Shown here: piece by piece, positions 38,409 to 48,690 of the stretch
Numbering within the stretch: position 1 is the stretch's first letter
How the letters are laid out: each line of letters begins with the position of its first letter
Source: an uncultured Collinsella sp.
GTDB taxonomy: Bacteria > Actinomycetota > Coriobacteriia > Coriobacteriales > Coriobacteriaceae
Reading direction: 5' to 3'
Assembly (NCBI GenBank): GCA_959599095.1
Contig: CAUGGC010000004.1
Coordinates: forward strand, 38,357-102,356
Length of the DNA stretch: 64,000 bases
Made by a program: the position numbers and the translations under genes
The notes under the pieces: generated by a model
The model's database searches: none
What the model was told of the DNA's origin: nothing
What the model saw: the letters and a program-made list of their open reading frames with translations, nothing else

Positions 38409-40253
38409 TTGAATTATCTGAGTGAGATGCTCAAATTGCCGGTCTTGGACGTCGACGGCGAAAAGCTCGGCGTGGTCAACGATTTTGGCATTGCTACCGG
38501 CGAAGTTTTTCCGCACGTGACGTCGCTCGCGTTCCGCGGACCCGGCAAGACGCCGTTTATGATCAGCTGGCGCAAATGGGTCGACCGTATCGACGAGACG
38601 GGTGTACACCTTAAGACGTCGGCCACCGAAATCCGTTTTTCCTACCTGCAGCCGACCGAACTCCTGCTCGCCCGCGACGTGCTCAACAAGCAGATCGTCG
38701 ACACGCAGGGCATGAAGGTCGTGCGCGTAAATGACATCAAGTTTTCCATGTCGGGCGAAAATCAGCTGCGCCTGCTGGGCGCCGAGGTCGGTGCCCGCGG
38801 TCTGCTACGCGCCATCAGCCCTGCGCTCGAGCATATCGTCGAAGGCTTTATGAAGCACCTGGGCAAGCCGCTCAGTGAGGACATCATCGCTTGGTCCTAC
38901 ATGGACCTGCTCGACCGCTCGACCAAGAACATTCAACTCTCGGTGTCGCACAAGACGCTCGGCGAGCTGCACCCTGCCGACATCGCCGACATTATCGAGC
39001 AGCTCGACCCGCGCCTGCGTGCGCAGGTGTTTGCGCAGCTCGATACTGCCCAGGCCGCCGAGGCCATCTCGGAGTTCGATGACGACGAGCTTATGACCGA
39101 GATGCTCGAGGGCCTGTCCGACACCGACGCATCGTCGATGCTGGCCATGATGGACCCGGACGACGCCGCCGATCTGATCGACGAGCTCGATTACGAGAAG
39201 GCCGAGAAGCTCCTGCGCCTGATGGGTGTCAAGGAGGAGAAGGCGATTCGTAACCTGCTGGGGTATGAGGACAACACCGCCGGCCGCATCATGACCTCGG
39301 AGTTTGTCTCCCTGCCCGCCACGGCAACGGTCGGTGACGCCATCGAGGCGATTCGCGAGCTCGACGAGGATTTCGAGAGCGTCTACTACGTCTATACCGA
39401 GGATCCGAGCGGCATGCTGACCGGCGTGCTTTCGCTGCGCACGCTGATCGTAGCCGACCGCGACGCCACGCTGGGTCAGCTGGCCTATCGCGACCTGGTC
39501 TATGTGTCGCCCGACGAGGACCAGGAAGACGTAACGGACGAGATGACCAAGTACGACCTGGTTGCCATCCCTGTCTGCGACGAGAACCGTCATATCCTGG
39601 GTATCGTAACCTTCGACGACGCCATGGACGTTATCGCTGAGGAGCATCAGGAGGACCTGCAGATCGCCGGTGTCGGCTCGGGCGATAGCGCGTCGGACGA
39701 CTCGACGAACGTGCTCAGCTGGTTCGTGCATCGCCAGTACTGGGTTGTTGTATGGGGCATCGCGTCGTGTATCATGGCGACCGTGCTGGGGACGGCGCTC
39801 GGCTCCGCGCATCTGGTGGTGTTCCCCATGTGCGCCATGCCGCTCGTGCTGCTGGCGGCCTCGCGCATGGTGTCGTTCGTCAAGAACTACTTCCTGGAGT
39901 ATGACGGTCACGACGACGAGCCCAAGCCGTATCTGGGGTTCTTCTTCCAGAGCACGGGCATGGGCCTGATTCTGTCACTCGTGACCTACCTGTGCGCTCA
40001 GCTGGTGCGCACCGCCGCGTTCCCCGATGCGCCCATGTTTGAGGAGCAACTCTTTACCGGGTGCTTTAATATCGCTGCCATCATTTGCCTGGTTGGCAAC
40101 ATGAGTGCCGTGATTTACCTGATGGTGCTGTTCTGGCGTGACGAGCATGACCTCAACACGTCGGGCACCGCCATGAACGTTATTGCCGTCATGATCTCGT
40201 GCGTAGCGTACTGCGCCGCTGCGGTGCTGCTCACCATGTCGGTCATGGGTTAG
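38409..40253 (+). CDS. MgtE-like protein: PRC barrels, MgtE N domain, CBS pair, divergent membrane domain
   Basis: LHPADIADI, MDPDDAADL, Y.DNTAGRIMT.EFV, KYDLVAIPV, GIVTFDD; TTG start with GGGGAG RBS. Confidence 0.85.
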   Translation: MNYLSEMLKLPVLDVDGEKLGVVNDFGIATGEVFPHVTSLAFRGPGKTPFMISWRKWVDRIDETGVHLKTSATEIRFSYLQPTELLLARDVLNKQIVDTQGMKVVRVNDIKFSMSGENQLRLLGAEVGARGLLRAISPALEHIVEGFMKHLGKPLSEDIIAWSYMDLLDRSTKNIQLSVSHKTLGELHPADIADIIEQLDPRLRAQVFAQLDTAQAAEAISEFDDDELMTEMLEGLSDTDASSMLAMMDPDDAADLIDELDYEKAEKLLRLMGVKEEKAIRNLLGYEDNTAGRIMTSEFVSLPATATVGDAIEAIRELDEDFESVYYVYTEDPSGMLTGVLSLRTLIVADRDATLGQLAYRDLVYVSPDEDQEDVTDEMTKYDLVAIPVCDENRHILGIVTFDDAMDVIAEEHQEDLQIAGVGSGDSASDDSTNVLSWFVHRQYWVVVWGIASCIMATVLGTALGSAHLVVFPMCAMPLVLLAASRMVSFVKNYFLEYDGHDDEPKPYLGFFFQSTGMGLILSLVTYLCAQLVRTAAFPDAPMFEEQLFTGCFNIAAIICLVGNMSAVIYLMVLFWRDEHDLNTSGTAMNVIAVMISCVAYCAAAVLLTMSVMG

Positions 40254-40261
40254 GTGGTCGC

Positions 40262-41524
40262 GTGCAAAATACCAAGCAAAAGTCGGGCACCAAGCAAAAG
40301 TTGACCATCGCGGCCATCTTTGGCGCTATGGGTCCCGGTCTGCTGGCGGCGCTTTCGGGCAATGACGCCGGCGGCATTGCAACGTATTCCAGCGCGGGCG
40401 CCAGCTATGGCTACAAGATGCTCTGGATGCTTCCCGTCATGACCGTGCTGCTCATCGTGACGCAGGAGACCGCGGCGCGCTGCGGCTGCGTCACGGGCAA
40501 GGGCCTGGCATCGCTCATTCGCGAGCGCTTTGGCGTGCGCAAGAGTGTACTTGCTATGGCGGCGCTGTTGATCGCCAACACGGCTGTGACCATTTCGGAG
40601 TTTGCGGGCATCGCCAGCGGCCTTGCTCTCTTTGGCGTGCCGGCGAGCATCTCGGTGCCGTTGGTGGCGCTGCTGGTGTGGATGCTTACCATGTCGGGTA
40701 GTTTCCAGCGCATCGAGAAGATTCTGTTGCTGGTGAGCTGCGTGTTCGTGACCTATATCGTCGCTGCATTTATGGCTGGCCCCAACTGGGGTGAGGTCGC
40801 GGTCGACCTGGTCGTGCCTAACATTCAAAATGACCCCAGCTACGTGTCGCTCGTGGTCGCAACGATCGGTACCACCATCGCGCCGTGGATGATCTTCTTG
40901 GCGCAGAACAACGTGGTCGATAAGAACGCGGGCGAGGACGATATCGTGCTGCAGCGCATCGATACCGTGAGCGGCTCGCTTGCCGCCGATGTCATTGCCG
41001 GCTTTATTATCATCACGACCGGTACGGTGTTGTTCCCGGCGGGTATTCAGATTAGCGATGCCGCCGATGCTGCCCGCGCGTTGGAGCCTATTGCGGGCCA
41101 GTGGTCCACGGTGCTGTTTGCCTCGGGCCTGGTCGCGGCGAGTTTCTTGGCCGCCTGCGTGCTGCCGGGCGTTACGTCGAGCGCTATCTGTGAGGCATTT
41201 GGCTGGGAGCGCGGTGCCGACCGCAGCTGGGACGAGGCCCCGGTCTATCGCGGCATCATTACGGCCATCATCGGTATCTCTGCCGTGCTGGTGCTTATGC
41301 CCGGCGTCGATCTGTTCCAGATTATGATGACCTCGCAGGTCATCAATGGCGTGCTACTGCCCGTGGTTCTGGTGTTCCAGGTGGTTATCGCCGCCGACCG
41401 TCACATTATGGGCGCCAACCGCAACGGCCGCGTGTGGAACGTGCTCACGTGGGCGACTATCGGCGTGATTACGGTGCTCACGGTCGTCATGTTTGTGCTG
41501 CAAGCGATGGGCTACAGCGCTTAA
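40262..41524 (+). CDS. NRAMP-related Mg2+ transporter (NRMT clade)
   Basis: GPG..A..NDAGGIATYS (DAGG instead of DPGN), VTGKGL, GTTIAPWM. Confidence 0.85.
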   Translation: MQNTKQKSGTKQKLTIAAIFGAMGPGLLAALSGNDAGGIATYSSAGASYGYKMLWMLPVMTVLLIVTQETAARCGCVTGKGLASLIRERFGVRKSVLAMAALLIANTAVTISEFAGIASGLALFGVPASISVPLVALLVWMLTMSGSFQRIEKILLLVSCVFVTYIVAAFMAGPNWGEVAVDLVVPNIQNDPSYVSLVVATIGTTIAPWMIFLAQNNVVDKNAGEDDIVLQRIDTVSGSLAADVIAGFIIITTGTVLFPAGIQISDAADAARALEPIAGQWSTVLFASGLVAASFLAACVLPGVTSSAICEAFGWERGADRSWDEAPVYRGIITAIIGISAVLVLMPGVDLFQIMMTSQVINGVLLPVVLVFQVVIAADRHIMGANRNGRVWNVLTWATIGVITVLTVVMFVLQAMGYSA

Positions 41525-41634
41525 CGCCCACTTTTGCTTCCGAACAGGCCGCAGCGATGGGCTGCGGCCTGTTTTTTGCCCGCGACCTCTTGGGGCCGGC
41601 TCGAAAAGAGTGATTTTGGGTTGTTTGCTGCGGG

Positions 41635-43851
41635 CTATTTGTCGGTGCCCAGCTTGTGCGGCTTGAAGGCAAGCGCATTGACGAGTGCGTCGGTGGCAGA
41701 CTTGACGGCTGCCGGCTGCGGATCGTTGACGTGATCCTCGGGATGCACGGGCAGGTCCTTCTTGACGGCATCGTGGATCAAGTTGAGGTACTCAGTCACG
41801 CCAGTGGTCGATAGGTGCGTGCCATCGCCATCGAACAGGTCGTTGCGGTTGGCGCTGTATCCGTACCAGTCGATAACGCGCACGTTCTTGTAGCGCGTAG
41901 CGGCGTTGGCGATGGCCTGGTTGGTAGAGCCAACCCACGGCTGCGGGCTGCGCGTGTTCACAAACACCACAATACGCTTATCTCCTGCATCGTCCATGAT
42001 GGCGTCGATCTGGTCGTCGGTTACCAAGCCGTTGGTGCCCAGTGCAAAGACCACGATCTTGCCGGCAAGGTTCTGCTGGATATAGCCCTCAAATGTCGCG
42101 CGGCCCGCATCAAACTGGCGGCCCTTTTCGGCATCGATATGGCTGTGCGGGAACACACCGTCAAAGGTGTCTACGGCACGCAGCGACACGGAGTCGCCGA
42201 TCATAAGCAGATCGTAGGAGCCATCGGGGAAGCCGTCGTTGTCCTTGTCGGTGTCGTCGGCCGCCTGCTGGTCGGTGGGCGCGGTGTTCTTGGCTTCCTT
42301 GTTGAGGACTTCGGCGCCCTCGCCGCTCAGCGCAGACGTCTCGGGCACAAAGATCAGGCCGCCCAGTGCAACGACCAATACGACAGCGCAGGCTGCGCAG
42401 ACGGGGACGTGCGTGCGTGCCCAGTTGGCGGGCGTGGTGGTGCCATCGCGGAATTCGGCAACGGTGCGCCCAAAGGCGCCCTTCCTAAACGGCGTCTCGA
42501 TAAAGCGATATGAGCATTCGGCCACGGCGACCACCAACAGCACCTGCAAAATGTACTGCCACCACGGTGTATCGTTGATGTTGGCGACCGGGTTCATGAG
42601 CAACAGCAGGGGATAGTGCCACAGGTAGATGCTGTACGAGCGCTTGCCAACCCATACGAGCGGCTCGGCGGACAGCGCGCGGGCAACCATTCCCTGGGGC
42701 TGCACGCAGGCCGCGATGACCATGAGTGTGAGGATCGAGCACAGCAGCGTGCCTCCGCGATACTGGAACGCGGTGTAGCCGTTGGTGAGCGCGACCATGG
42801 CGGCAAGGCCAACCAGACCCACGAGGCCCAACACATCGATGGATGCGGGCGAGGACCAAAAGCGCACGAGGGCGCTCGGCTGTGCCGGGCCGGTCTCGGC
42901 TGATTCGTCGGCCTTCTCGCCAGGCTTGCCCTCGGCGTTCTTGCCGTGCTTGGCGGCGCCGGCCAGGCGATTGAGCCCCAAACGACGAGCGAGACGCACC
43001 GGCGCCAGGTCGCGATCGGGGATAAAGGCCATCCAGGCACCCAGCAGCAGCGAGAACACGCGGGTGTCGGTGCCGTAGTACACGCGGCTGGGGTCGGCGG
43101 CAGGGTTGTAAAGCACCATCATGGCAAGGGCAGATACCGCGGCAAGGCCCAGAACCACGCGGCGCGTGTTGGGCTTGCTCATGTGCATGGATACCATAGC
43201 GAGCAGCAGCGGGGGCCAAACCAGGTAGAACTGTTCCTCGATGGCGAGCGACCAAAAGTGCGTAAGCGGCGAGGGATCGCCCAGGGCGTTGAAGTACGAG
43301 ACGTTTTGGGCAATCTGCCACCAGTTGTTGAAGAACAGCAGCGACGGCAGGATATCGGGGCGCATCTTGGTGAGCATCACGTGGTTGAAGACGGTGCACA
43401 GCGCACAGGTCACCACCACGACGGTCACCACGGCGGGGACCAGGCGACGGATGCGGCGGATCCAGAAGCTCTTGAGGTCGATACGGCCGGTCTTAGCGAC
43501 TTCGTTGAGTAGCAGGCGTGTGATCAGATAGCCCGAAAGCACAAAGAAGATCGTGACGCCGAGCAGACCGCCCTGCGCCCACGTGAGGTTGAGGTGATAG
43601 AGCACCACCGCGACGACGGCAAGCGTGCGCAGGCCGTCAAGGGCAGGGATGTAGCGGGACTTGGGGCGAGCAGGCGTCTGCTCCGCGGCGGGAGTGTTGG
43701 CGCGGCCCGCGTTGTTGGCAGAAGCGCGATGGGGGCTCGTGGTGCGTCGCGGCTCGTTGGCACGGCGTTCGCTCTTCACGCGTTCGTGCGGCGCCGGCTC
43801 GTTGCCCGTGCGGCGTCGACCGCGCGAGCCCGATTGCGAGAATTGTTCCAT
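41635..43851 (-). CDS. Acyltransferase-3 / SGNH fusion (OatA-like O-acetyltransferase)
   Basis: LDGLR, FFVLSGYLIT, HFWSLAIEEQFY, SYSIYLWHYP, GDSV, DGTH. Confidence 0.92.
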   Translation of the reverse strand: MEQFSQSGSRGRRRTGNEPAPHERVKSERRANEPRRTTSPHRASANNAGRANTPAAEQTPARPKSRYIPALDGLRTLAVVAVVLYHLNLTWAQGGLLGVTIFFVLSGYLITRLLLNEVAKTGRIDLKSFWIRRIRRLVPAVVTVVVVTCALCTVFNHVMLTKMRPDILPSLLFFNNWWQIAQNVSYFNALGDPSPLTHFWSLAIEEQFYLVWPPLLLAMVSMHMSKPNTRRVVLGLAAVSALAMMVLYNPAADPSRVYYGTDTRVFSLLLGAWMAFIPDRDLAPVRLARRLGLNRLAGAAKHGKNAEGKPGEKADESAETGPAQPSALVRFWSSPASIDVLGLVGLVGLAAMVALTNGYTAFQYRGGTLLCSILTLMVIAACVQPQGMVARALSAEPLVWVGKRSYSIYLWHYPLLLLMNPVANINDTPWWQYILQVLLVVAVAECSYRFIETPFRKGAFGRTVAEFRDGTTTPANWARTHVPVCAACAVVLVVALGGLIFVPETSALSGEGAEVLNKEAKNTAPTDQQAADDTDKDNDGFPDGSYDLLMIGDSVSLRAVDTFDGVFPHSHIDAEKGRQFDAGRATFEGYIQQNLAGKIVVFALGTNGLVTDDQIDAIMDDAGDKRIVVFVNTRSPQPWVGSTNQAIANAATRYKNVRVIDWYGYSANRNDLFDGDGTHLSTTGVTEYLNLIHDAVKKDLPVHPEDHVNDPQPAAVKSATDALVNALAFKPHKLGTDK

Positions 43852-44038
43852 AAAACATCATCCAATGACGAGAATAATCAGCACGCCTTCATTGTAGCTG
43901 CCTGCTCCTGTGAATGCTTGCTGCTGGCGCAAGCTCAAGTACGCGTCCACATCAAAGTGAACTAAAGTTATAGGGGGTGCGAGAGCGCATGATCGACGGC
44001 CGGCGGTGGGCATAAGGCCCGCAGATGAGGAGGTTTCC

Positions 44039-45001
44039 ATGGCGGATCACAGCATCGTTGCGGTGTTCGGCAGCATGAACATGGACCTTTCGGTGGCGTG
44101 CGAGCGCATACCGCGTGCGGGCGAGACCGTCGGCGGCAGCGGGTTTATCACCAACGCCGGCGGCAAGGGCGCCAATCAGGCCGTAGCTGCCGCGCGTATG
44201 GGCGCGTGCACGCACATGATCGGCGCGGTCGGTCGCGACGCGTTCGGCGCGTCGCTCGTGGTGGGGCTCCAAGACGCCGGCGTGGACTGTGACTTTGTAG
44301 TGCATCGCGATGACGTGGAGACGGGAACGGCGACCATCATTCGCTGCGAGGGCGACAACCGCATCATACTGTCACCGGGCGCCAACCATGCGCTTGCGGG
44401 TGCGGACGTTGCCTGCGCGTTGAGGCGTCTGGTGGCCCATGAGCTCGACGGCGACGCCAGCGAGATTGCCCCGACTGCCGGAAGCGTCTTTATCGCCCAG
44501 GGCGAATGTGACCTTGCGGCGACGGCCGAGGCGCTTGTTTGCGCTCATGAGCTGGGGTTCTATACGGTCTTTAATCCAGCGCCCGCCTGCGAGCTGCCTG
44601 CGGAGGTCTGGCCTGCGGTCGACCTGGCCTGTCCCAACGAGACCGAGTGCCAGGTGCTGACGGGAATCTTGCCCGCGGACGATGCAAGCTGCGTCGCGGC
44701 GCTCAACGCCCTGCTCGCTAGGGGTGCCGGAGCTGCGGTCATCACGCTGGGCGGTGCCGGCTCGGTTACGCTCGGCGATGGCGGTGAGCTGCTGCGCATG
44801 CCGGCACTTTCGAGTGCGGTAGTCGATACCACGGCCGCCGGCGATACGTTTATCGGCGCGTTGGCGGCGGCTCGCCTAGAGGGCTTGCCGCTCTTTGAGT
44901 GCATGGCCGCGGGTGCTCGCGCTTCGGCAGTGACGGTGTCGCGCCTGGGCGCTCAGCAATCGATTCCCACGCGCGCCGAAGTTGAACATTGGTTTGGTTA
45001 A
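44039..45001 (+). CDS. rbsK: Ribokinase (PfkB family)
   Basis: GSMNMD, GGKGANQAVAAARMG, NPAPA, PNETE, DTTAAGDTF. Confidence 0.9.
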   Translation: MADHSIVAVFGSMNMDLSVACERIPRAGETVGGSGFITNAGGKGANQAVAAARMGACTHMIGAVGRDAFGASLVVGLQDAGVDCDFVVHRDDVETGTATIIRCEGDNRIILSPGANHALAGADVACALRRLVAHELDGDASEIAPTAGSVFIAQGECDLAATAEALVCAHELGFYTVFNPAPACELPAEVWPAVDLACPNETECQVLTGILPADDASCVAALNALLARGAGAAVITLGGAGSVTLGDGGELLRMPALSSAVVDTTAAGDTFIGALAAARLEGLPLFECMAAGARASAVTVSRLGAQQSIPTRAEVEHWFG

Positions 45002-45031
45002 ACGATAAAGACGGAGAAGCGGAGTAGAACA

Positions 45032-46006
45032 ATGGCAATCAAGAAGCTGATCCTTGATCTGGATATGGGAGTGGACGATGCGATGGCGCTGGCCTATGCC
45101 ATCGCGAGCCCCGAGGTGGAGCTCGTGGGCATCACCACGTGCTTTGGCAACGTGCGCGTCGAGCAATCGGCGCACAATTGCCTGGCGGTGCTCGATCTGC
45201 TGGGTCGCCCCGAGGTTCCGGTGTACCTGGGTGCCGACCGTCCTCTGCAGGCGACTGAGCCCTATACGCCGCCGGCGTCCACCGCGCTCATTCACGGCAA
45301 GAACGGCATCGGCGGCGCGAGCGTGCCCGCGTCGCCCTACGAGCCGGTGGGGGCGACCTCGGCCGACGGCAACGCTGCGGTCGATTATCTGATCGATGCC
45401 GCGCGCACCTATGGTCCCGATCTGGTCTACGTAGCGACTGGCCCGCTCTCCAACCTGGCGCTCGCCCTGGAGCGCGATGCGGCGGCGATGATGTCCATCG
45501 GCCGCGTGGTCGTGATGGGCGGCGCCCTTACCGTGCCCGGTAACGTGAGCGCGGGCGCCGAGGCCAATATGGCGAGCGACCCCGAGGCAGCCGACGCGGT
45601 GCTGCGCTCGGGCCGCAAGCTCACTATGGTGGGTCTGGATGTGACGCATCGCGTGGTGCTCACGCGTCGCGACATTGCCGGTTGGACGGGCTCGGGCACC
45701 ATGGCCGGTTGCGCGTTTGCGAGTATGGTGGAGCACTACATTGGCTCGTACGAGATGAACGCCCCCTACCTGGGTGGCTGCGCGCTGCACGATCCGCTGG
45801 CGGTTGCCGTGGCGATTGATCCCACGCTCGTGGGCGCGCTCGGCTGCAACCTGCGTGTTGATCTGCTGGGCGAGTACCGCGGTCGCACCATCTGCGATGA
45901 GCGCCGTCTGTCCGACCCCGACAAGAGCGCACTCGTGGCGCTGACCGTCGACGCCCCGCGCTTCCTGTCCGAGTTCAAGGCGCGCATGGCCCGCGTTCTG
46001 GGCTAA
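45032..46006 (+). CDS. Nucleoside hydrolase (IU-NH family)
   Basis: DLDMGVDD, HGKNG, GPLSN, AEAN..DPEAA, LHDP. Confidence 0.92.
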   Translation: MAIKKLILDLDMGVDDAMALAYAIASPEVELVGITTCFGNVRVEQSAHNCLAVLDLLGRPEVPVYLGADRPLQATEPYTPPASTALIHGKNGIGGASVPASPYEPVGATSADGNAAVDYLIDAARTYGPDLVYVATGPLSNLALALERDAAAMMSIGRVVVMGGALTVPGNVSAGAEANMASDPEAADAVLRSGRKLTMVGLDVTHRVVLTRRDIAGWTGSGTMAGCAFASMVEHYIGSYEMNAPYLGGCALHDPLAVAVAIDPTLVGALGCNLRVDLLGEYRGRTICDERRLSDPDKSALVALTVDAPRFLSEFKARMARVLG

Positions 46007-46015
46007 GTTGTCTTT

Positions 46016-46086
46016 TTGGGACGGGGCTTTTTTGACTGGTATGATTGGTGCGACCATTCGAACCAGCTAAAAGAGCCCCGTCCCAA
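46016..46086. repeat. Inverted repeat upstream of luxS
   Basis: TTGGGACGGGGC / GCCCCGTCCCAA 12-bp perfect arms. Confidence 0.65.
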
Positions 46087-46109
46087 TTTGACTATCGAGA
46101 GGATCTGCC

Positions 46110-46598
46110 ATGGAGCGCATCGCGAGCTTTTCCGTTGACCATCTGCTGCTTGAGCCCGGCGTGTATGTGAGCCGCATCGACCGCGATCCGGCGACCGGCG
46201 CCGCCGTCACCACGTTTGACCTGCGCCTGACCACGCCCAACAAGGAGCCGGTCATGAACACGGCCGAGTGCCACACCATCGAGCACCTGGGCGCGACGTT
46301 CCTTCGCAATCATGCCGAGTGGTCGAGCCGCATTGTCTACTTTGGCCCCATGGGCTGCCGCACGGGCTTTTACCTGGTTGTCTTTGGCGAGCTGACGAGC
46401 GAGAAGATCTTGCCGCTCGTCCGCGAGCTGTTTGAGTTTGTCGCCGACTTTGAGGGCGATGTCCCCGGTGCCGCTCCCGAGGAATGCGGTAACTACCTGG
46501 ACCAGAACCTCCCCATGGCCAACTGGCTTGCGCGCCGCTACCTCGACCGCGACCTGGCCGATATCGACGAGAAGCACCTGCACTATCAGCAGGCGTAA
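46110..46598 (+). CDS. luxS: S-ribosylhomocysteine lyase
   Basis: SFSVDH, HTIEH, GPMGCRTGFY, ECGNY. Confidence 0.96.
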   Translation: MERIASFSVDHLLLEPGVYVSRIDRDPATGAAVTTFDLRLTTPNKEPVMNTAECHTIEHLGATFLRNHAEWSSRIVYFGPMGCRTGFYLVVFGELTSEKILPLVRELFEFVADFEGDVPGAAPEECGNYLDQNLPMANWLARRYLDRDLADIDEKHLHYQQA

Positions 46599-46742
46599 GG
46601 GCTTTATCGCCCAAAACGCGCGCATTGGGCGCCTTCGCTTATGCGGGGGCGCCTTTTTGTTGATTGGTCGGGACGAGCGTTCAAAATCGCTCATGGTTGT
46701 TCTAGAATGTTCGTATAGTCACATTTACGAACAGGAGTGAAC

Positions 46743-47387
46743 ATGCATATCTACTCTGTCAACGATCCCGAGTTCAAATCCTATGGCAACGTTTGGGATG
46801 ACGTTCCGTCTGAGCTCACGTCGCCCGTGCTCGAGGCGCTCTCTGCCACGCCCATCCCCGAGGGCAGCAAGTACGTTGCAAGTGCGCCGGAGCTCGAGGG
46901 CGTCAAGGATGCCGATAAACTGGGCTTTCTCATGTTTGGTGGCCGTCCCTTCCAGCTCGGCTGGTGCAACGGCCACAACACGCGTCTCAACTGCCTGGAG
47001 TACCACCGCGCGAGTGAGTTCAACCTGGGCGCGCGCGACTTTATCCTGCTCGTGGCGCATCGCTGGGAGATCGAGGATGGCAAGCTCGATACCGCGTGCG
47101 TCAAGGCGTTCCGCGTGCCGGCGGGCAAGGTTGTCGAGGTTTTCAACACCACGCTCCACTACACGCCGTGCATGGTCGACGACGGTGGCTTCCAGGTGAT
47201 GGTGGCGCTTCCCGCCGGCACCAACGGCCCGCGCCCCGAGGCCGCAACCGACATGCCTACCGCCGGTGACAGCTACTGCTACTGGAAGGCCGACAAGTGG
47301 GTTCTCTGCCATGCTGACAGCCCCAAGGCTGCCGAGGGCGGCTACGTAGGCCTCATTGGCAAGAACCTCGACATCGCCTGCGACTAG
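46743..47387 (+). CDS. DUF4867-like cupin protein
   Basis: GWCNGHNTRLNCLEYH..SE and TLHYTPC pattern; start 46737 or 46743. Confidence 0.75.
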   Translation: MHIYSVNDPEFKSYGNVWDDVPSELTSPVLEALSATPIPEGSKYVASAPELEGVKDADKLGFLMFGGRPFQLGWCNGHNTRLNCLEYHRASEFNLGARDFILLVAHRWEIEDGKLDTACVKAFRVPAGKVVEVFNTTLHYTPCMVDDGGFQVMVALPAGTNGPRPEAATDMPTAGDSYCYWKADKWVLCHADSPKAAEGGYVGLIGKNLDIACD

Positions 47388-47579
47388 AATCTTCTGTCTC
47401 GATATGTAACATCTGGCGGGCCAAATCGTCTCTACCTGTTACAGATTTAGACAAACTGCAGGGGCTGCCCGAAAGATCTCGATCTGTAACACCAGGCCCG
47501 GTTTTGACGGCCTAGCTGTTACAGATCGAGACAAAACGGGCCCAAACCACCACAAAGGTGCCTGTCCCCATTGCGGTGG
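47333..47579 (+). repeat. Left direct repeat: 3' end of the DUF4867 gene, two family B units and tail hairpin
   Basis: Near-identical to 48756-48921 apart from one extra 80-bp unit. Confidence 0.9.
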
Positions 47580-47583
47580 CTGC

Positions 47584-48690
47584 CTAGAGTTGGCTGCGCA
47601 GATAGTCAGCCATATATGGAACGGCGAAACGCACGTAACCGCGGCGCGCCTGTTCGATTACGCCGGCGTCGATGAGGCGCCGGCGATACTTTTGCGCATA
47701 GTCGGGTGTGACTGACATACGTTTCGCTACATCGGAAATGCGCGAAACGGCGTCTTCGTCATCAGTCATTGCGTCGAGAAACGCGACGTCTTGGTCCGAT
47801 AGCGCGGCGAGCGTCGTTTCACAAACATCGTTTTCGAAATCGGCTTTTGACGCTTCGATAGCTCCGTCGACTTGCTCTGGCGTTACGTGTTCTCCTGTCT
47901 TGCAGCGATTGCCGATGTTATAGCCGATGAGCTGCAGCATATAGGGCGAGCCTTGGGTTGCGCGAGCGGCACGGAGGCGAAGATCGCCTGGAATATCAAG
48001 GTCGAGCTCTTCGAAAGCCCGCTGATAATAGGCATCGACATCTCCGACTGAAAGCGGTTCGAGCGTGACCTTGCGAGCGCGGTTGAGAAATGTCAGCACG
48101 CGGTCATTGAGCGTTGCACAGACGGCTCCCGGGAGACCTGCCATAACAAGCGCGACGTTGAGTCCCTCACCGACCAGCTCTTGATAGGCGGTGACGAGCT
48201 GTCTAATCTCAGGTGAATTAGCTTGGAGCTCATCGATAAGGATGAGGATGCCGTGCCCCTGCTCGGTCAGCTTGCGCGCCAGCTGCGTGAGTTTGAACTG
48301 GAAACTCTTGGTCTCCTGCACATCGCGTGTGAACTCGAGACCGGCTGAGAAGCCGAAGACGCTCAAGCTACCGCCAGAAAGTTTGGGGAGATGACGCTTG
48401 CTGACATAAGGCTCGCCTGCTTCTTGGATTTTTTCAACAATGCGCTCAAGCATATCTTCGGAGGCTACGGTGGGTGTGGCGACAACAAAACCGAGCTTGC
48501 GTGCGCGGTCGGCAAGTTCCCACAGAAGAACCGTCTTGCCGCTGCCTCGCTGGCCGAGCATGAGCATGGCTCGGTCTCGATTGCCCGGCTCCTGCTCAAG
48601 ACCGGAGATGAATGTCGAAATCACGTTCCCGCGACCCACCAGATAGGACGGGCGATTTCCAAATGAGGGGGAGAAGATGGTTTCAGTCAT
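47584..48690 (-). CDS. AAA-type P-loop ATPase with C-terminal winged helix, inside a direct-repeat-flanked cassette
   Basis: LVGR, GQRGSGKT, ILIDELQ, MAGLP, YRRRLIDAGVI..GYVRF; visibly more A/T-ending codons than neighbours. Confidence 0.88.
   Translation of the reverse strand: MTETIFSPSFGNRPSYLVGRGNVISTFISGLEQEPGNRDRAMLMLGQRGSGKTVLLWELADRARKLGFVVATPTVASEDMLERIVEKIQEAGEPYVSKRHLPKLSGGSLSVFGFSAGLEFTRDVQETKSFQFKLTQLARKLTEQGHGILILIDELQANSPEIRQLVTAYQELVGEGLNVALVMAGLPGAVCATLNDRVLTFLNRARKVTLEPLSVGDVDAYYQRAFEELDLDIPGDLRLRAARATQGSPYMLQLIGYNIGNRCKTGEHVTPEQVDGAIEASKADFENDVCETTLAALSDQDVAFLDAMTDDEDAVSRISDVAKRMSVTPDYAQKYRRRLIDAGVIEQARRGYVRFAVPYMADYLRSQL

Noticed and set aside
46007..46109. SAH or SAM riboswitch before luxS
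   Set aside because: No GAGGAGCG..AGGCTC or SAM-I core; only a simple inverted repeat
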